Positions 33,211 through 45,581 of a stretch of DNA of 47,397 nucleotides are shown piece after piece. The stretch's first letter is position 1, and each line of letters opens with the position of its first letter. The notes under the pieces were generated by a model that was not told the DNA's origin, did no database searches, and saw only the letters and a program-made list of their open reading frames with translations. This stretch comes from Centroscyllium fabricii (lineage: Eukaryota). The stretch lies in NCBI GenBank assembly GCA_051313645.2, contig JBNRSN020000027.1, positions 54,932,001 to 54,979,397 on the forward strand. Direction: 5' to 3'. Both the position numbers and the translations under genes were made by a program.

Positions 33211-34386
33211 TATTGGTACCTTTTTAAGCTTTGTGAAGTTTGTCGGGGGGAGAGCGGGGGGGAATGCTGGGACAGTCGGCTCTTTGCGAATGTTAACAAT
33301 TCATCCAGCATTCTAGCGCCAACGAGCGTTGATTTTTTTGCATGTATTTACATCTTAATTTTCTGCTGCAGCTTGAAAGCCTCGGCAGCTGCCCTTGAAG
33401 TGGGAGAAGCATGGTCCTTTAAAGGTGCCTGGCCAAGTCGCAAATCATTCTAATGTCTATCATCTGTAGCAAGCTGCAATTAACATTGAATTTTCATGTC
33501 TAAAAATAGTTTGGGTAACTTGACCAAAATTATATGCGAAGATTAAAAGCATAAGCAGCTGGCTGATGAATGGCTTTCTAGTGTTTGTCGGATAATCGGA
33601 GGCAGTGTGAATGTAAGTGGCTGTCTGTTCTGAGACTGCAGATGTCTTGCGTGAACACCAACTGCAGCAATCGAAAAAATGAAGCCTGACCGCTTCCTTA
33701 TGGGGAAAAAAAAGGATGAGCTGGTTCGTTTTCCTTAAACAGATCCTTACAGAATTTGAGCAATACTTGCATCAGTCTGAAATAATGACTGCCAGAAGCT
33801 TTGGGTTAAGTGTACTGAATCCAAATGAGCAACATAGCAGTCAGCACTTCGAAAGAGATGAGTCACTACTGGGCCGAGGGTGGAGCTAATGTCCTAATTG
33901 AGTGGTGTTGGAAAATCTTCAAGTATACATAAAATAAGAGCAGGCAATTGAAGACATGGGTTAAAAGAACCAGTGATGTAGATCATTTGGACCAAGTTCC
34001 ATAAAAGGCTCCCGATTTTTAAAAAAAACCTGAAAAGCTGTGTTCTACTCTCGTGTTGTAATAAAGGGAGTAGCCATATGTTTCTTGCCTGGTGCTTTAA
34101 TATTTAATTTGGAATTCCAAACTTGAGTAACCAGTGACTGGAAAATAGCTTATGGTTTTATTGATGCTGTTTTCTGAGAATTGAATGAAGTGAGAATTGC
34201 AGCGGTCTGGTTCATTTACGTCAAAGGTAAATTATCGAACCCTGTAGCTTATTGGCTCGTCTAACTACCACAGAATCGTAGAATTCAAAAGCAAAGGAGG
34301 CGGCCATTCATCCCAATGTGTGTGTGCTGACTCTCTGATAATTCACAATATATATTAATGATCTAGACGAGGGAACCAGATGTATT

Positions 34387-35150
34387 GGCCCAGAAATTGC
34401 AGTGGAGCCTTCGTGCGGGTGCAGTACCTGCTTAACGCACTTGCACTGCCCATAATCCGGTTTGCTTTTTTGCACTCAGAAATTGCAGTTAGCCCAGCCT
34501 ATCAGAGCTCCGTGCGAGTTTCATGGGCATCTGACGGGCGTAATTAGTGCGAGATGGCTTTTGAGACCACCTGATTGGCAGGGAGCCAATCAGTGGAACC
34601 AATTCTCCATTCAAAACTTCCACTGAGAAATCTGTGCGAGTTTTCAATGGAGAGATTGCCCAAAAGACATCTAAACTCAAAAATAAAAAATTTTAAAACA
34701 CCACATGTTTTTAACATTACCCCAACTAACACAAATAACCTATTTTAAAGAAAAAATAAAAATTTACAGAAATTTTTTTCAACTTCCAACAGGTCTAAAA
34801 AAAATACTTACCTGTCTTTAAAGTTATCAACAATTAAAAACCTGAAAAAACAACAATTAAAATCAATAAAATACACACTTACCAGATTAAAAACGGCTAC
34901 TTACGACTGCTTTTTCCCAGTGTAGAAAATCCTGGTCTTGGTCCGTAGAAAAAGTTTTTTTTTAAATCGGAATGTCTGGACGCACCCGTAGTTCGCTGCT
35001 TCCTGCGCTGGAACTCATAAGAACATCCAACCCCCCCCCCGCTGGCCGGCATAGGAAAACCCAGAGCTGCGCTACCGGCTGCTTCCTGCGGGATTAAGCT
35101 CTGGTGCACTCACACCAAACCCGATATGGGCAGACGGGAATTTCTGGCCC
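34387..35150. mobile_element. Harbinger-like MITE
   Basis: ATT|GGCCCAGAAATT...AATTTCTGGCCC|AAT inside a CR1 whose empty site reads TGT AAT ATC, implying a 3-bp duplication. Confidence 0.75.
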
Positions 35151-35613
35151 AATATCTGCAGACAACACAAAGCTGGGTGGGCGAGTGTGCTGTGAGGAGG
35201 ATGCCGAGAAACTCCAGTATGATGTGGACAGGTTGGGTGATTAAGCGGATGCAATATAATGTGGATAAATGTGAGGTTATCCACATTGGTGGCAAAAACA
35301 GGAAGGCAGATTATTATCTGAATGGCAATAGATTGGGAGAAGGGGAAGTGCAACAAGACCTGGCTGTCCTTGTGCACCAGTCGCTGAAGGTAAGCATGCA
35401 GGTGCAGCAGGCGGTTAAGAAGGCAAATGGTATGTTGGCCTTTGTAGCGAGAGGGTTCGAATACAGGAGCAAGTATGTCTTGCTGCAGTTGTACAGGGCC
35501 TTGGTGAGACCACACCTCGAGTATTGTGTGCAGTTTTGGTCGCCTTATCTGAGGAAGGATGTTCTTGCCATGGAGGGAATGCAGCGAAGATTCACCAGAC
35601 TGATACCTGGGAT

Positions 35614-36015
35614 GGGCGGCACGGTGGCACAGTGGTTAGCATTGGTGTCTCACAGCACTGGAGACCCGGGTTCAAATCCAGCCTCGGGTACTATCTGTGT
35701 GGAGTTTGCACATTCTCCCCGTGTCTGCGTGGGTTTCCTCCGGGTGCTCCGGTTTCCTCCCACAGTCCAAAGATGTGCGGGATAGGTTGATTGGCCAGGA
35801 TAAATTGACCCTTAGTGTTAGGGGGATTCAATATGTGGGGTTACGGGGATAGGGTGGGATATGTGTTGATGTAGGCTCGATAGGGATTGAGGGGTATGGG
35901 GAGAGGGCAGGGGTGGGTTACTGGGTTTGGATGATCAGCCATGATCTCATTGAATGGCGGAGCAGGCTCGAAGAGCCGAATGGCCTACTCCTGCTCCTAT
36001 CTTCTATGTTTCTAT
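35614..36015 (+). mobile_element. HE1-type V-SINE, full length
   Basis: A/B boxes, V-domain, tail. Short ATG duplication. Confidence 0.92.
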
Positions 36016-36985
36016 GGCAGGAATGACGTATGAGGAGAGATTGGGTCGATTGGGTTTATACTCGCTGGAGTTTAGAAGAATGAGAGGGGATCTCATTGAA
36101 ACTTATAAAATTCTAACAGGACTGGACAGACTAGATGCAGGAAGGATGTTCCCGATATCCGGGGAGTCCAGAACCAGGGGTCATAGTCTAAAGATAAGGG
36201 GTAAGCCATTTAGGACTGAGATGAGGAGGAATTTCTTCACCCAGAGAGTGGTGAACCTGTGGAATTCTCTACCACAGAAGGCAGTAGAGGCCAATTAAAT
36301 ATATTCAAGAAGGAGTTGGATATATTTCTTAAGGCTAAAGTGATCAAGGGATATGGGGAGAAGGCAGGGACAGGGTACTGAGTTTGGATGATCAGCCATG
36401 ATCTCATTGAATGGCGGAGCAGGCTCGAGGGGCCGAATTACTCCTGTTTCCTATCTTCTATGTTTCTATGTAAAGTTAGTCACATCGCCAAACGCCGATT
36501 GCATTTTTCTTTTGAAATATCTAATTACCTTTTAAAAGCTATCATGGATTTTGCTTCAACCACTCTGTCCGGGAGAGAATTCTATGTCCTCCCAATCCTC
36601 CGCTTTTTTAAAAACAAAAGCACCTAACTCTTCCCTTTGCTCTTTTGATGAAAATTCAAAAATGTATGACTTCACCCAACCAGAGGAAGTAGCTTTTCTC
36701 TCTTTATCTCGCTAAAACTCCTTAAAATTGTGGTCATCTTGGTCATATCTTCTCTGCTCTAATGGCTTTTATGCCTGCTAACATCTTGGGGAATCTTGTC
36801 GCCATGGTCTTGACATCTTTCCAGAAGTAGCGCGCCAAAAAATGAACTAATTGTGACTTTAATTACCAAGTTACTTAACGTTTTCTGTTCTGTTTCTTCC
36901 CCTTACCCACCAAGCCAAAACTGCCCGCAAGCTCCCCCTGCCCTAGCCCTGAACCCGCATGTTTCTCTCCTATCTCCCCTCATGC

Positions 36986-37432
36986 TTCCGGAGATGAGGG
37001 GGGTTGACTTATGAGGAAAGGTTGAGTAGGTTGGGCCTCTACTCATTGGAGTTCAGAAGAGTGAGAGGCGATCTTATCGAAACATATAAGATTGTGAGAG
37101 GGGCTTGATCGGGTGGATGCGGTGAGGATGTGTCCACTGATGAGTGAGACTAGAACTAGGGGGCATAATCTGAGATGAGGAGAAACTTTTTCACTCAGGG
37201 TGGTGAATCTATGGAATTTGCTACCTCAGTGAGCTGTGGATGCTGCGACATTAAATAAATTTAAAACGGAGATAGACAGTTTCCTAACTGATAGGGGAAT
37301 AAGGCGTTACGGGGAGCGGGCAGGGAAGTGGACGTGAGTCTAAGTTCGGATCAGCCATGATCCTATTGAATGGCGGAGCAGGCCCGAGGGGCCATATGGC
37401 CAACTCCAGCTCCTACTTCTTATGTTTATGTA
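36986..37432 (+). mobile_element. CR1 3' fragment (same subfamily as 21070-21587)
   Basis: High similarity to 21120-21587. Confidence 0.88.
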
Positions 37433-37481
37433 TGCCCTCCCAGACTCCTCTTGTCCTTGAGACCCACCTGCTGGTCTCTTG

Positions 37482-37881
37482 GGCGGCACGGTGGCATAGT
37501 GGTTAGCACTGTTGCCTCACAGCACTAGAGACCCGGGTTCAAATCCAGCCTCGGGTACTATCTGTGTGGAGTTTGCACATTCTCCCTGTGTCTGCGTGGG
37601 TTTCCTCCGGGTGCTCCGGTTTCTTCCCACAGTCCAAAGATGTGCGGGATAGGCTGATTGGCCAGGATAAATTGACCCTTAGTGTTAGGGGGATTGAATA
37701 TGTGGGGTTACAGGGATAGGGTGGGATGTGGGTCGGTGCAGGCTCGATAGGGATCGAGGGATATGGAGAGAGGGCAGGGGCGGGGTGATGGGTTTGGATG
37801 ATCAGCAATGATCTCATTGAATGGCGGAGCAGGCTCAAAGGGCCAAATGGCCTACTCCTGCTCCTATCTTCTATGTTTCTA
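37482..37881 (+). mobile_element. HE1-type V-SINE, full length
   Basis: A/B boxes, V-domain, tail. Confidence 0.92.
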
Positions 37882-37883
37882 TA

Positions 37884-38212
37884 TCCACTTAACTGCTGAC
37901 ATCCAACGTTCCTTCCTGGCCCCCGTGCTAGCTGACATTGTAAATGGTGCCCTCAGCTCGGGTACTGCCCACCTCATTTTCAAAAATACCGTTATCACCC
38001 CTTCCTCAAAAACCCACCCTTAACCTGCCCCCCCCCACAGTCTTTGCCAACTACCGCACCATCTCTAATTTCCTTTTCCTCTCCAAAGTCCCTGACTGCG
38101 TTGTCGCCTCCCAATTCCGTGCTCATCTTTCCCACGCACCCACGTTTGAATCCCTCCGATCAGGTTTCCGTCTCTGCCGCAGCACTGAAACGGACCTGAG
38201 CAAAGTCGTGAA
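37884..38212 (+). mobile_element. L2-type LINE RT fragment
   Basis: LADIVN..LSSG..NYRTISNFLFLSKV..FESLRSGFR..STET. Confidence 0.75.
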
Positions 38213-38385
38213 TGTCAGTGAAATCAGTCTGCTTTAAATGTTGTGCCAATATGCTTATGGTGTGACCATCTTGGCTCATCCACTCAAATTGGTCCCATCA
38301 GCACCCTGCCCACCAGTGCTTCACCCAAGTGTTGCACGGCTGAAAATGCTCGCTTCTGACAAGCCACATTTGAGAGCAAGACAAT

Positions 38386-39135
38386 GGCCCAAAAATTAGC
38401 CTTGGAGCCTTCCTGCGAGTGCAAGGCTCCAAGGTACACTTACCCTGCACTTCTGCCTATTTGCAATTATGGGATGTGAAATCCCGAGTTGTACAGCTGC
38501 TGTAAGCAACAGGCGCCCTGCTGGTGCAACTCAACAGCGTAATTAGTGCGAGATATCGCACGGGACCACGTGATCAGCAGGGAGCCAATCAATGGAAGCA
38601 GTCCTCCATTCATAACTTACACGGAGAAATCTGTGTAAGTTATGAAAAGGAAGAGCTTCAAAAACACATTTAAACACAAAAATAAAATTTAAAAAACACC
38701 ACATTGTTTCACAATACTCCAACATAAATTTCCTATTTTAAAGAAAAAATAAAAATTTAGAAAAAGAATTTAAAGTTTTTAACTGGCCTAACATAATACT
38801 TACCTGTCTTTAAAGTTTAAAAAATTTATAAACCTGTTAAAACAATACTTAAATTCTATAAAATAAAGACTTACCTGCTAAAAACGGGTGGTTACGGCCG
38901 ATATTTTTAAGTGTAAAATCTTCCATACTTACCCCGATAAAACACTCGGAAGTCCACTGCGCACCTCCTGGTGCGCAGGCGAATGCGATCCAGCTCGCAG
39001 CAGCTCGCAATCCCCCGCTGGACGCCATCGGAATTGCAGGTAGCAGCTGGAAATGGCTGCTCCCTGCGATTCGGAGCTCGGGTGCATGAGCACCCGGCTC
39101 AAAAAACCTCCCGCGCTCATCGGGATTTCTGGCCC
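38386..39135. mobile_element. Harbinger-like MITE
   Basis: AAT|GGCCCAAAAATT...ATTTCTGGCCC|ATT. Interior homologous to 34387-35150. Confidence 0.75.
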
Positions 39136-39184
39136 ATTGTGAACTGTGCTGCTGGGCATTTTCCACAGTTCAAGTGGACATAAT

Positions 39185-40036
39185 GGGCCAGAAATTCGGG
39201 TTTGCCGGTTGGTGGGCAACTAGGACCATGCGGAGCACTTAAGAAGCCCACCAACATCGGACTTTTTTTACGCTCTGGATTTCCGATCAGCTCCGCCCCC
39301 TTCGTGCGCAATGTGGCAGTCCAGCCACGCTAGGTGCGCAGTGTATGCCCCGCCCACAGATCCCAAATTTAAATAAAAAACGCCCCCAGATCCCTAATTT
39401 AAATTTAAAAATGCGCACAGATCCCGAGTCGGACCTTTGTGAGAGCAGGGACGTGCGGAGCTCCACTCACAGACTCGGCGGGGAGCAGCGCGGGCACAGC
39501 AGCTTCTCAGAGGAAGAAACGCAAGGTAAGTCTGCCATTTTTTCTCTTAGATTTTTTAATAGCTAGATAGTTAAAAATATCAGAAATGTAACTTTAAAAA
39601 TTAGCGATTTGAAACAGGTTAATTAACTTAAAATCGGATTTGTAAAAAATTTTTTAAAACTTTAACTTAAAAATTTAACACTACTGACCTGGCCACATTA
39701 CTCCCCAAAACTGTTAAAACTTAAAATTAAAGGTAAAAAAGTAACTTACCTTGTTTAAGAACGTTTCTCTCTCCCTCACGCACGAGTTACTGCAGGTTTT
39801 TTCATGTGCATCTCAGGGCTCCGTTGCCCACAGAATCACAGGAAAAAAAGGCGCCCTTTTGGAGCCCAAATTCTGGGTGCAACTCACTCGTGCGTTTGAT
39901 GCTGAGGGCCCTTCTCCCTCAGCATCGGAAATCTCGGATCCGTGGGCATCTCGGATCCGTGGGCATCTCGGATCCGTGGGCATCTCTGTGGGCATCTCTG
40001 TGGGCATCTGCTTTGAGGCACCGGAAATTCTGGCCC
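39185..40036. mobile_element. Harbinger-like MITE, different interior
   Basis: AAT|GGGCCAGAAATTC...GAAATTCTGGCCC|ATT, with a small tandem repeat (TCTCGGATCCGTGGGCA)x3 at ~39932-39983. Confidence 0.72.
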
Positions 40037-40533
40037 ATTCTGGAAGTTTCACATGCCCACTAATGTGCTTTAACTGAAATCCTAGGGACGACATTTCTTT
40101 TGATAGCGAACAATGAGAGAGTGGATTTTGCATACCCAATCCTTTTGAAATTATAAATGATGCCTGCTGAGGAGGAGCCAGTGGACACATTGGCTCCAGT
40201 CCTTTTCCAACTTGTGTGTTAAAACAAGGAAAGATTGAAATTGGTTCGTTACTTGGAACAATTCAGCTGTTATTAAAATCTAATCAGAAAACGCTTTGAA
40301 ATGTCTGCAGACTGGATTTCTATATCTACTCTCTCGCTCTTCACAATGAATGCCAATTACCAGCTGGTGATTTAATCACTGCCATTAACCAGCATGCACC
40401 TCTGCTCTGCCTGCACCTTGCTGCTTGGCATTTTTTGCTTCAGTAGTCGTGGAGGAACTGCAGGGAGATTTCAACAGAACCTGTGATTCAGTTCCTTTCA
40501 GTAAAATGTCCGCTCTAATTCTGCTGTTGACAG

Positions 40534-40653
40534 AACCTGGGCGGACCAGGCCCAAGAAGAGAATCTCCTTTTCCTTGAACATCTCTCCACTCCTTCCTAA
40601 GTCTAAAACTATCTTTTCTCTTGGTTCTTCCTCAAGTGATGATGAGTCAGATA
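40534..40653 (+). CDS. AKAP13: Probable AKAP13-like cassette exon (120 nt, phase 1-1): PGRTRPKKRISFSLNISPLLPKSKTIFSLGSSSSDDESD
   Basis: tgttgacag|AA CCT ... GAT A|gtaagt with a perfect donor. Phase matches the 23918 donor. Lies in repeat-free sequence. Confidence 0.78.
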
Positions 40654-40779
40654 GTAAGTAAACCTTGGAATGAAATATCTACCGTGTTGTAATTTGTATA
40701 CGGTCCGAATCTGCCGAAAGGAAGACCCAAGAGTAGGCTTCTGAACTCCCAGATGCTTAACCATTTCTAGTTCTGTATG

Positions 40780-40875
40780 AAAATAGAAAATGCTGGAGAT
40801 ACTCAGCAGGTCAGGCAGCATCTGTGGAGAGAGAAACAGAGTTAACGTTTCAGGTCAATGATCCTTGGTCAGAAC
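40780..40875 (-). mobile_element. Penelope-like terminal fragment
   Basis: ACTCAGCAGGTCAGGCAGCATCTGTGGAGAGAGAAACAGAGTTAACGTTTCAGGTC, same family as 17110 and 24920. Confidence 0.65.
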
Positions 40876-40887
40876 TAGTTCTGTATA

Positions 40888-41258
40888 CAGGTTGAGCACC
40901 GTTAATCTGGCACCCTCAGGACTAGGCCGGTGCTGGACCACTGCAAATTCCGAACCACTGAAGGTTTGGTGGGAGCGCGCGGTAGAACACTCCCCAGAGC
41001 ACGCGGTAGAACACTCCCCGGGGCCCGGTGCGCGCGGTAGAACACTCCCCGGGGCCCGGAGCCCGTGGGTAGAACACCCCCCGGGAGGGAGCCCGGGGAT
41101 AGAACACTTGGAACACCTTCGGCGCTTGCTCATCATTCGTGGGAAACGGTGGCGCCGCCGAGCGGCTGCTCCGCAAAATGAAGAGCGCCGATTTCCAATC
41201 GTGCCGGACCACTGAAGCTGCCAGACCATCGGGTGCTGGATTACCGGTGTTCAACCTG
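40888..41258. mobile_element. Tigger/pogo-like MITE, family A
   Basis: TA|CAGGTTGAGCACC...GGTGTTCAACCTG|TA. Confidence 0.9.
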
Positions 41259-42142
41259 TAGTTGTATTTCAGGAGTTGTGCTAATATTGGGGATTATATC
41301 ATTGAAGTTGTTCTTTGCCAAGTTGTAAAATGCATTGAGCTGCTGGTTTTCTGATTGTGTAGAATGATTTTTGGGTTCTGTCTGTTGCAAAGCGCAGTCA
41401 GAACTCCAACTCATTTTAAGGGTGGATGGTTTCCTCTATGTTATATGTTGCAAAATCATAGATGCATTCTTCATAAATGGGTTTACAATTTACGTACACT
41501 TGGAAAAAGCTCTCCGAAGCGCCCCACTGAAGCATTCCACTTCGTTCCAACTCAAATCAGTTTTTTTGGGGAAAAAATCTAATTCTTCAAAGTCCTTTCT
41601 ATCTAAATGTTTCACTGGGGGGGGAGGTGGGGGTGCGGGGGAGTCTAATATCCAAGCTCGGTTTAAGCTGCCAGAGCCTGGTTATCGCTGAATGTTTAAA
41701 GTCTCTGGCATATCTGAAATTTGATTTGGTACCAATTGAACTAGCTCAGGTGGTCTACAATTTTCCCATCACATCTTCAAGAGGAAAATGTTCCATTATC
41801 CAAATTACCCTTAAAAAAAAAAGAGAACATTTAGATTTATTGGCTTGGTTTCTGATATGTGGTTCAAAGAACAGATATATGGTGTTCCATTTGTGTTTGA
41901 TGATTCTGACCTGACTGAGATTGTCTGGAAAATAATATTACTCCTTGGTTAGGAAGAAGGGAATGTTTGGCTAGTATTACCGCCGTGAATGACTATCCAG
42001 CAACCCCTGCTGGAAAGTGGACATGAATGTTTGGTGATGACGGGCTGGGGCTCGGCTGTGAGGCACACCATAGTTGGATAGCCCGTCTAGGCTTGCTGTG
42101 CTTTTGAGCAAGGACCAGCATTGTATCCCAGCAAAGAGCCAA

Positions 42143-42550
42143 GGGGGGAAACATTGGGTGGCTTGCGCCAGCCGTTAGCGCCCTAAGAGGGCTGCTAATG
42201 GGGCGCAAGGCACCTAGCGCCTGGGCTGGCACCTCTCGTGATATTCAGCGGGGCGCTGGCGGCGGCGGCGGCAGCAGCCGTTAGCGCCCCGTGGCACTGC
42301 GCCACCAGTGATGACGTCATCGCCATGCGCAGCGCCCCGCTCACGCCCCGGCTGCGAACTTCAGTCGCGCCCCCTAACTTCGCACCGGACGGTGCCTCCG
42401 ACAGGGTCAGGGGGGCGCAGTTGCAGCTGGGGCAGCGCTATTTAAAGGGGGGGTGCCGGGCGGCCATTTTTCATGCTGGCCGTCTCCCAGCACCTGCCCC
42501 CTCTGCCGTCCCCGGCCTTCCCCAAACGGGGCGCAACCCAATTTTTCCCC
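42143..42550. mobile_element. GC-rich Harbinger-like MITE
   Basis: GGGGGGAAACATTGGGT...ACCCAATTTTTCCCCC. Interior related to 12063 and 27857. Confidence 0.65.
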
Positions 42551-43604
42551 CAGTGCCTTTTGGGTAGGGTGTGGGGGGAGAAGAAAGCTGGCAGCAAAAT
42601 ACATCCATATATTTTACTGGCCATTATATTGAATTAGCTGCCAAAAGTCACTGATTAAGCTCCTGGCAATGTGCCATCTTGTATTGCCTGACGCACGATT
42701 TAATGTACCAAGGACGTTGTTTTTGAACAATAATGTTGCAGCTTTTCTCGGTGCCAGTGAATGGCTGTCTAAACTGGCCAACAGAGAATCTGTCTGCACG
42801 TAAACTGAGCTATTTTCCGATTTGTTACAGTACTGGGACTGGTGTTTCTCAGCGCATTAATGCCTGCAATTCAGAAACACTGGTAAATTATTGTTAATAT
42901 GAAGTGATTTATGTTAATGAAGAGGGAATAATGCATGGTATTTAGCGAGACTGGAAGGGCCGTGGTTCCATTTAGAGAGTCCGGGCAACTGTGTCGTTTG
43001 ATGAAGGTGGAAAATGTACTCTTGTAAAACTCTGCTTGTGAGCTCGCTCATGCATGACCGAACTGCTGACTGGTTCCCCCCACGATTACTTTGGTGCCGA
43101 GTTCCTCTTTCAGAGCAGAAGTCACTCCAAACGAGGGATCACCAGATCCCAGGCCATTGAGTGGGTGATCCAGCGTGGTGCACCCTATATCTGTTGCCGT
43201 AACCCCAATTTACACAGCGGTGCTGTAATACAAATGGGGTCAGACCCGTGCGTAGGCAGCGACGCAGATTGTCGATACCTGCGCTGGTGCCGAGCCGCTT
43301 GAAAGTGGGTTTGGTGGGGGGGGGCGACAGAATTTGGGACCCCGATATGGGGGGGGCTCTCAAATTGCCGACCCTCCGAATGTAGGAATCCCGCTTGAAC
43401 AATGACCGTTTGGGACTATGTCTGTGGCGTTGGACCCAGCAAGGGTTCAGCACCTTTGGAAGAAGACGATGTATCCTGTAAAATAAATCAGAGTTGTGAC
43501 GGCCCATCTCTTGAAAGTAATGCCCGAGCTGCACAGACTGGAAAGCCATTCACTAAAAACTGGAACTGCGCTCTCTTCATGCTAAATTGGAAAGTGGGTT
43601 GTTC

Positions 43605-44072
43605 CTGGGATGGCAGGAATGACGTATGAAGAGAGATTGGGTCGATTGGGCTTATACTCACTGGAGTTTAGAACAATGAGCGGGGATCTCATTGAAACTT
43701 ATAACATTCTAACAGGACTGGACAGACTAGATGCAGGAAGGATGTTCCCGATGGTCGGAGAGTCCAGAACCAGGGGTCAGAGTCTAAGGATAAGGGATAA
43801 GCCATTTAGGACAGAGATGAGGAGGAATTTCTTCACCCAGAGAGTGGTGAACCTGTGGAATTCTCTACCACAGAAGGCAATAGAGGCCAATTCATTAAAT
43901 ATATTCAAGAAGGAATTGGATATATTTCTTAAGGCTAAAGGGATCGAGGGATATGGAGAGAAAACAGGGAAAGGGTACTGAATTTGGATGATCAGCCATG
44001 ATCTCATTGAATGGCGGAGCAGGCACGAGTGGCCGAATGGCCTACTCCTGCTCCTATCTTCTATGAATCTAT
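43605..44072 (+). mobile_element. CR1 3' fragment
   Basis: AGMTYEERLGRLGLYSLEF..KGIEGYGEK, then a tail. Confidence 0.92.
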
Positions 44073-44829
44073 GAGTGTGGATGGAAGTTGGATGAGGATG
44101 AGATCCATTGGTTCCACTTCCACATTGCTTGCTCCAAGGCCAATACCTGATCCTTTACCACCAAAATCCCAAGCAGCCCGGATGCCCTCAAGTGGCAATC
44201 TGCCTCAGGACTTTCTGGTTGCACCAGTCAGATAAGTACCCAACTCCTCAGGACCGCATAAATTCTCATCGGTCATTGAGGAGCTGGGGTTCTTGCCCCT
44301 TGGCTATCCCCTGCAAGACAAGGCCCTAATGGGTAGGGTGGTCATAGTTAGCCAAATAAGATTCCCTGCAGTTTTGGCGTCCACTCTGGCTCAGTGGTAG
44401 TGCTCTCCCCTCTTGAGTTAGAAGGTTGTGGGTTCAAGTTCCTACCTGGCGGGCGGGTTGGCGTTAAGCCAGAGCTGCGGTGCCAGCTATGTAAAGAAAA
44501 AAATGGTGCGACCGTAACGGAAAATGTTTATTGATAAACAGCCACCGAATTACAGTAACAGTAACTCCTCTGCAGCAGAATTCTTGAGGCACTCCGTTTG
44601 GGATGCACAGTATGCCCAGCCATAGGCAGACAGGCTCGTAGATCCCTTGGGTTCACCTCCAGAACCCACTGTGGTCCACAGACCTGTTGCAAAACCTGCG
44701 TTTTAAATAGATAAACCATTTAAAAGAAAATCTACAAATCTGCTGCCCTGCACATTCTCTTCCCCCTTCCTCCTTCCTGTATCATTAGTTCCTGATTCAC
44801 TTTGTCCTCTCGGATTCTTTTTTCAATTG

Positions 44830-45040
44830 CAAGAAGTCGCACAACACCAGGTTATAGTCCAACATTTTTATTTGAAATCCCAAGCTTTCGGAGCGCAGCT
44901 CCTTCATCAGGTGCATGTAAAAGAGATTCATTTAAACACAGCATATATAGAGAGGGAGAGAACAATGTAGTCTTTCCAACTGTTCAACATCACACCTCAG
45001 CAGAGAGACATCAAAGCAATCAAAGGTGTTTTAATATATC
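44830..45040 (-). mobile_element. Penelope-like terminal fragment
   Basis: Copy of the 14108 family. Confidence 0.7.
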
Positions 45041-45340
45041 AGTCAGGCAGCAGCCTGAGATCAGTGAGGTGCAATCACAAAGTGCATTCTTTTTTCAGAC
45101 CTTGGTGCCCCACACACTTCAGCCCTAGGTATTATTCAGCAAGTAACACCCAGTCTTTCTTTGCTGATATTGCATATTTTGACGGCTCCAAGTAATTTAA
45201 AACAAAAACAAACAACAATGAGGTGATCTCATTGAAACATATAAAAGATTCTGAGGGGGATTGACAGGGTAGATGCCGAGAGGTTGTTTCCCCTTGGCTG
45301 GAGAGTCTAGAACTCGAGGACAAAGTCTCAGGATAAGGCG

Positions 45341-45557
45341 TGATGTAATAAATGAGTCTTATACATCAATAACTCTAAAGTAAAGTTTTAATCCACTATA
45401 TTGTCACTATTTACAAAGGTGGGTTTTACCATACTTCCAGATGAAGCATTCCCCCATACTGAGCAGCTCCAGTATTTATACTATCTGGGCACAGGAAGTG
45501 ACATGTACAGAGTTCACCATTCAACCTTCCCCCGGAAGATGTTCCAATATCACCACA
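45341..45557 (-). mobile_element. Probable solo LTR (217 bp)
   Basis: TG...CA termini, flanks AGGCG / AGGGG (5-bp duplication with one mismatch), TATAAATA and ATTAAA on the minus strand. Interrupts a CR1 reading frame. Confidence 0.6.
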
Positions 45558-45581
45558 AGGGGTAGGCCATTTTAAGACTGA

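Larger units (their letters stand above)
34345..36470 (+). mobile_element. CR1 RT/3' fragment interrupted by a MITE (34387-35150) and an HE1 SINE (35614-36015)
   Basis: FTIYINDLDEGTRC | ..MQYNVDKCEV..RLIPGM | AGMTYEERL.., then a tail. Confidence 0.9.

Noticed and set aside
34804-34814. U1 snRNA gene (ATACTTACCTG)
   Set aside because: Only the 11-nt 5' motif matches. The following sequence is AT-rich MITE interior, not U1.
35126-35785. 219-aa ORF
   Set aside because: It is a chance fusion of a MITE end, a CR1 RT fragment and a SINE.
42831-42882. Possible 52-nt exon (ttacag|...|gtaaat)
   Set aside because: Length is not a multiple of three, no recognisable AKAP13-family peptide is encoded, and there is no independent support.
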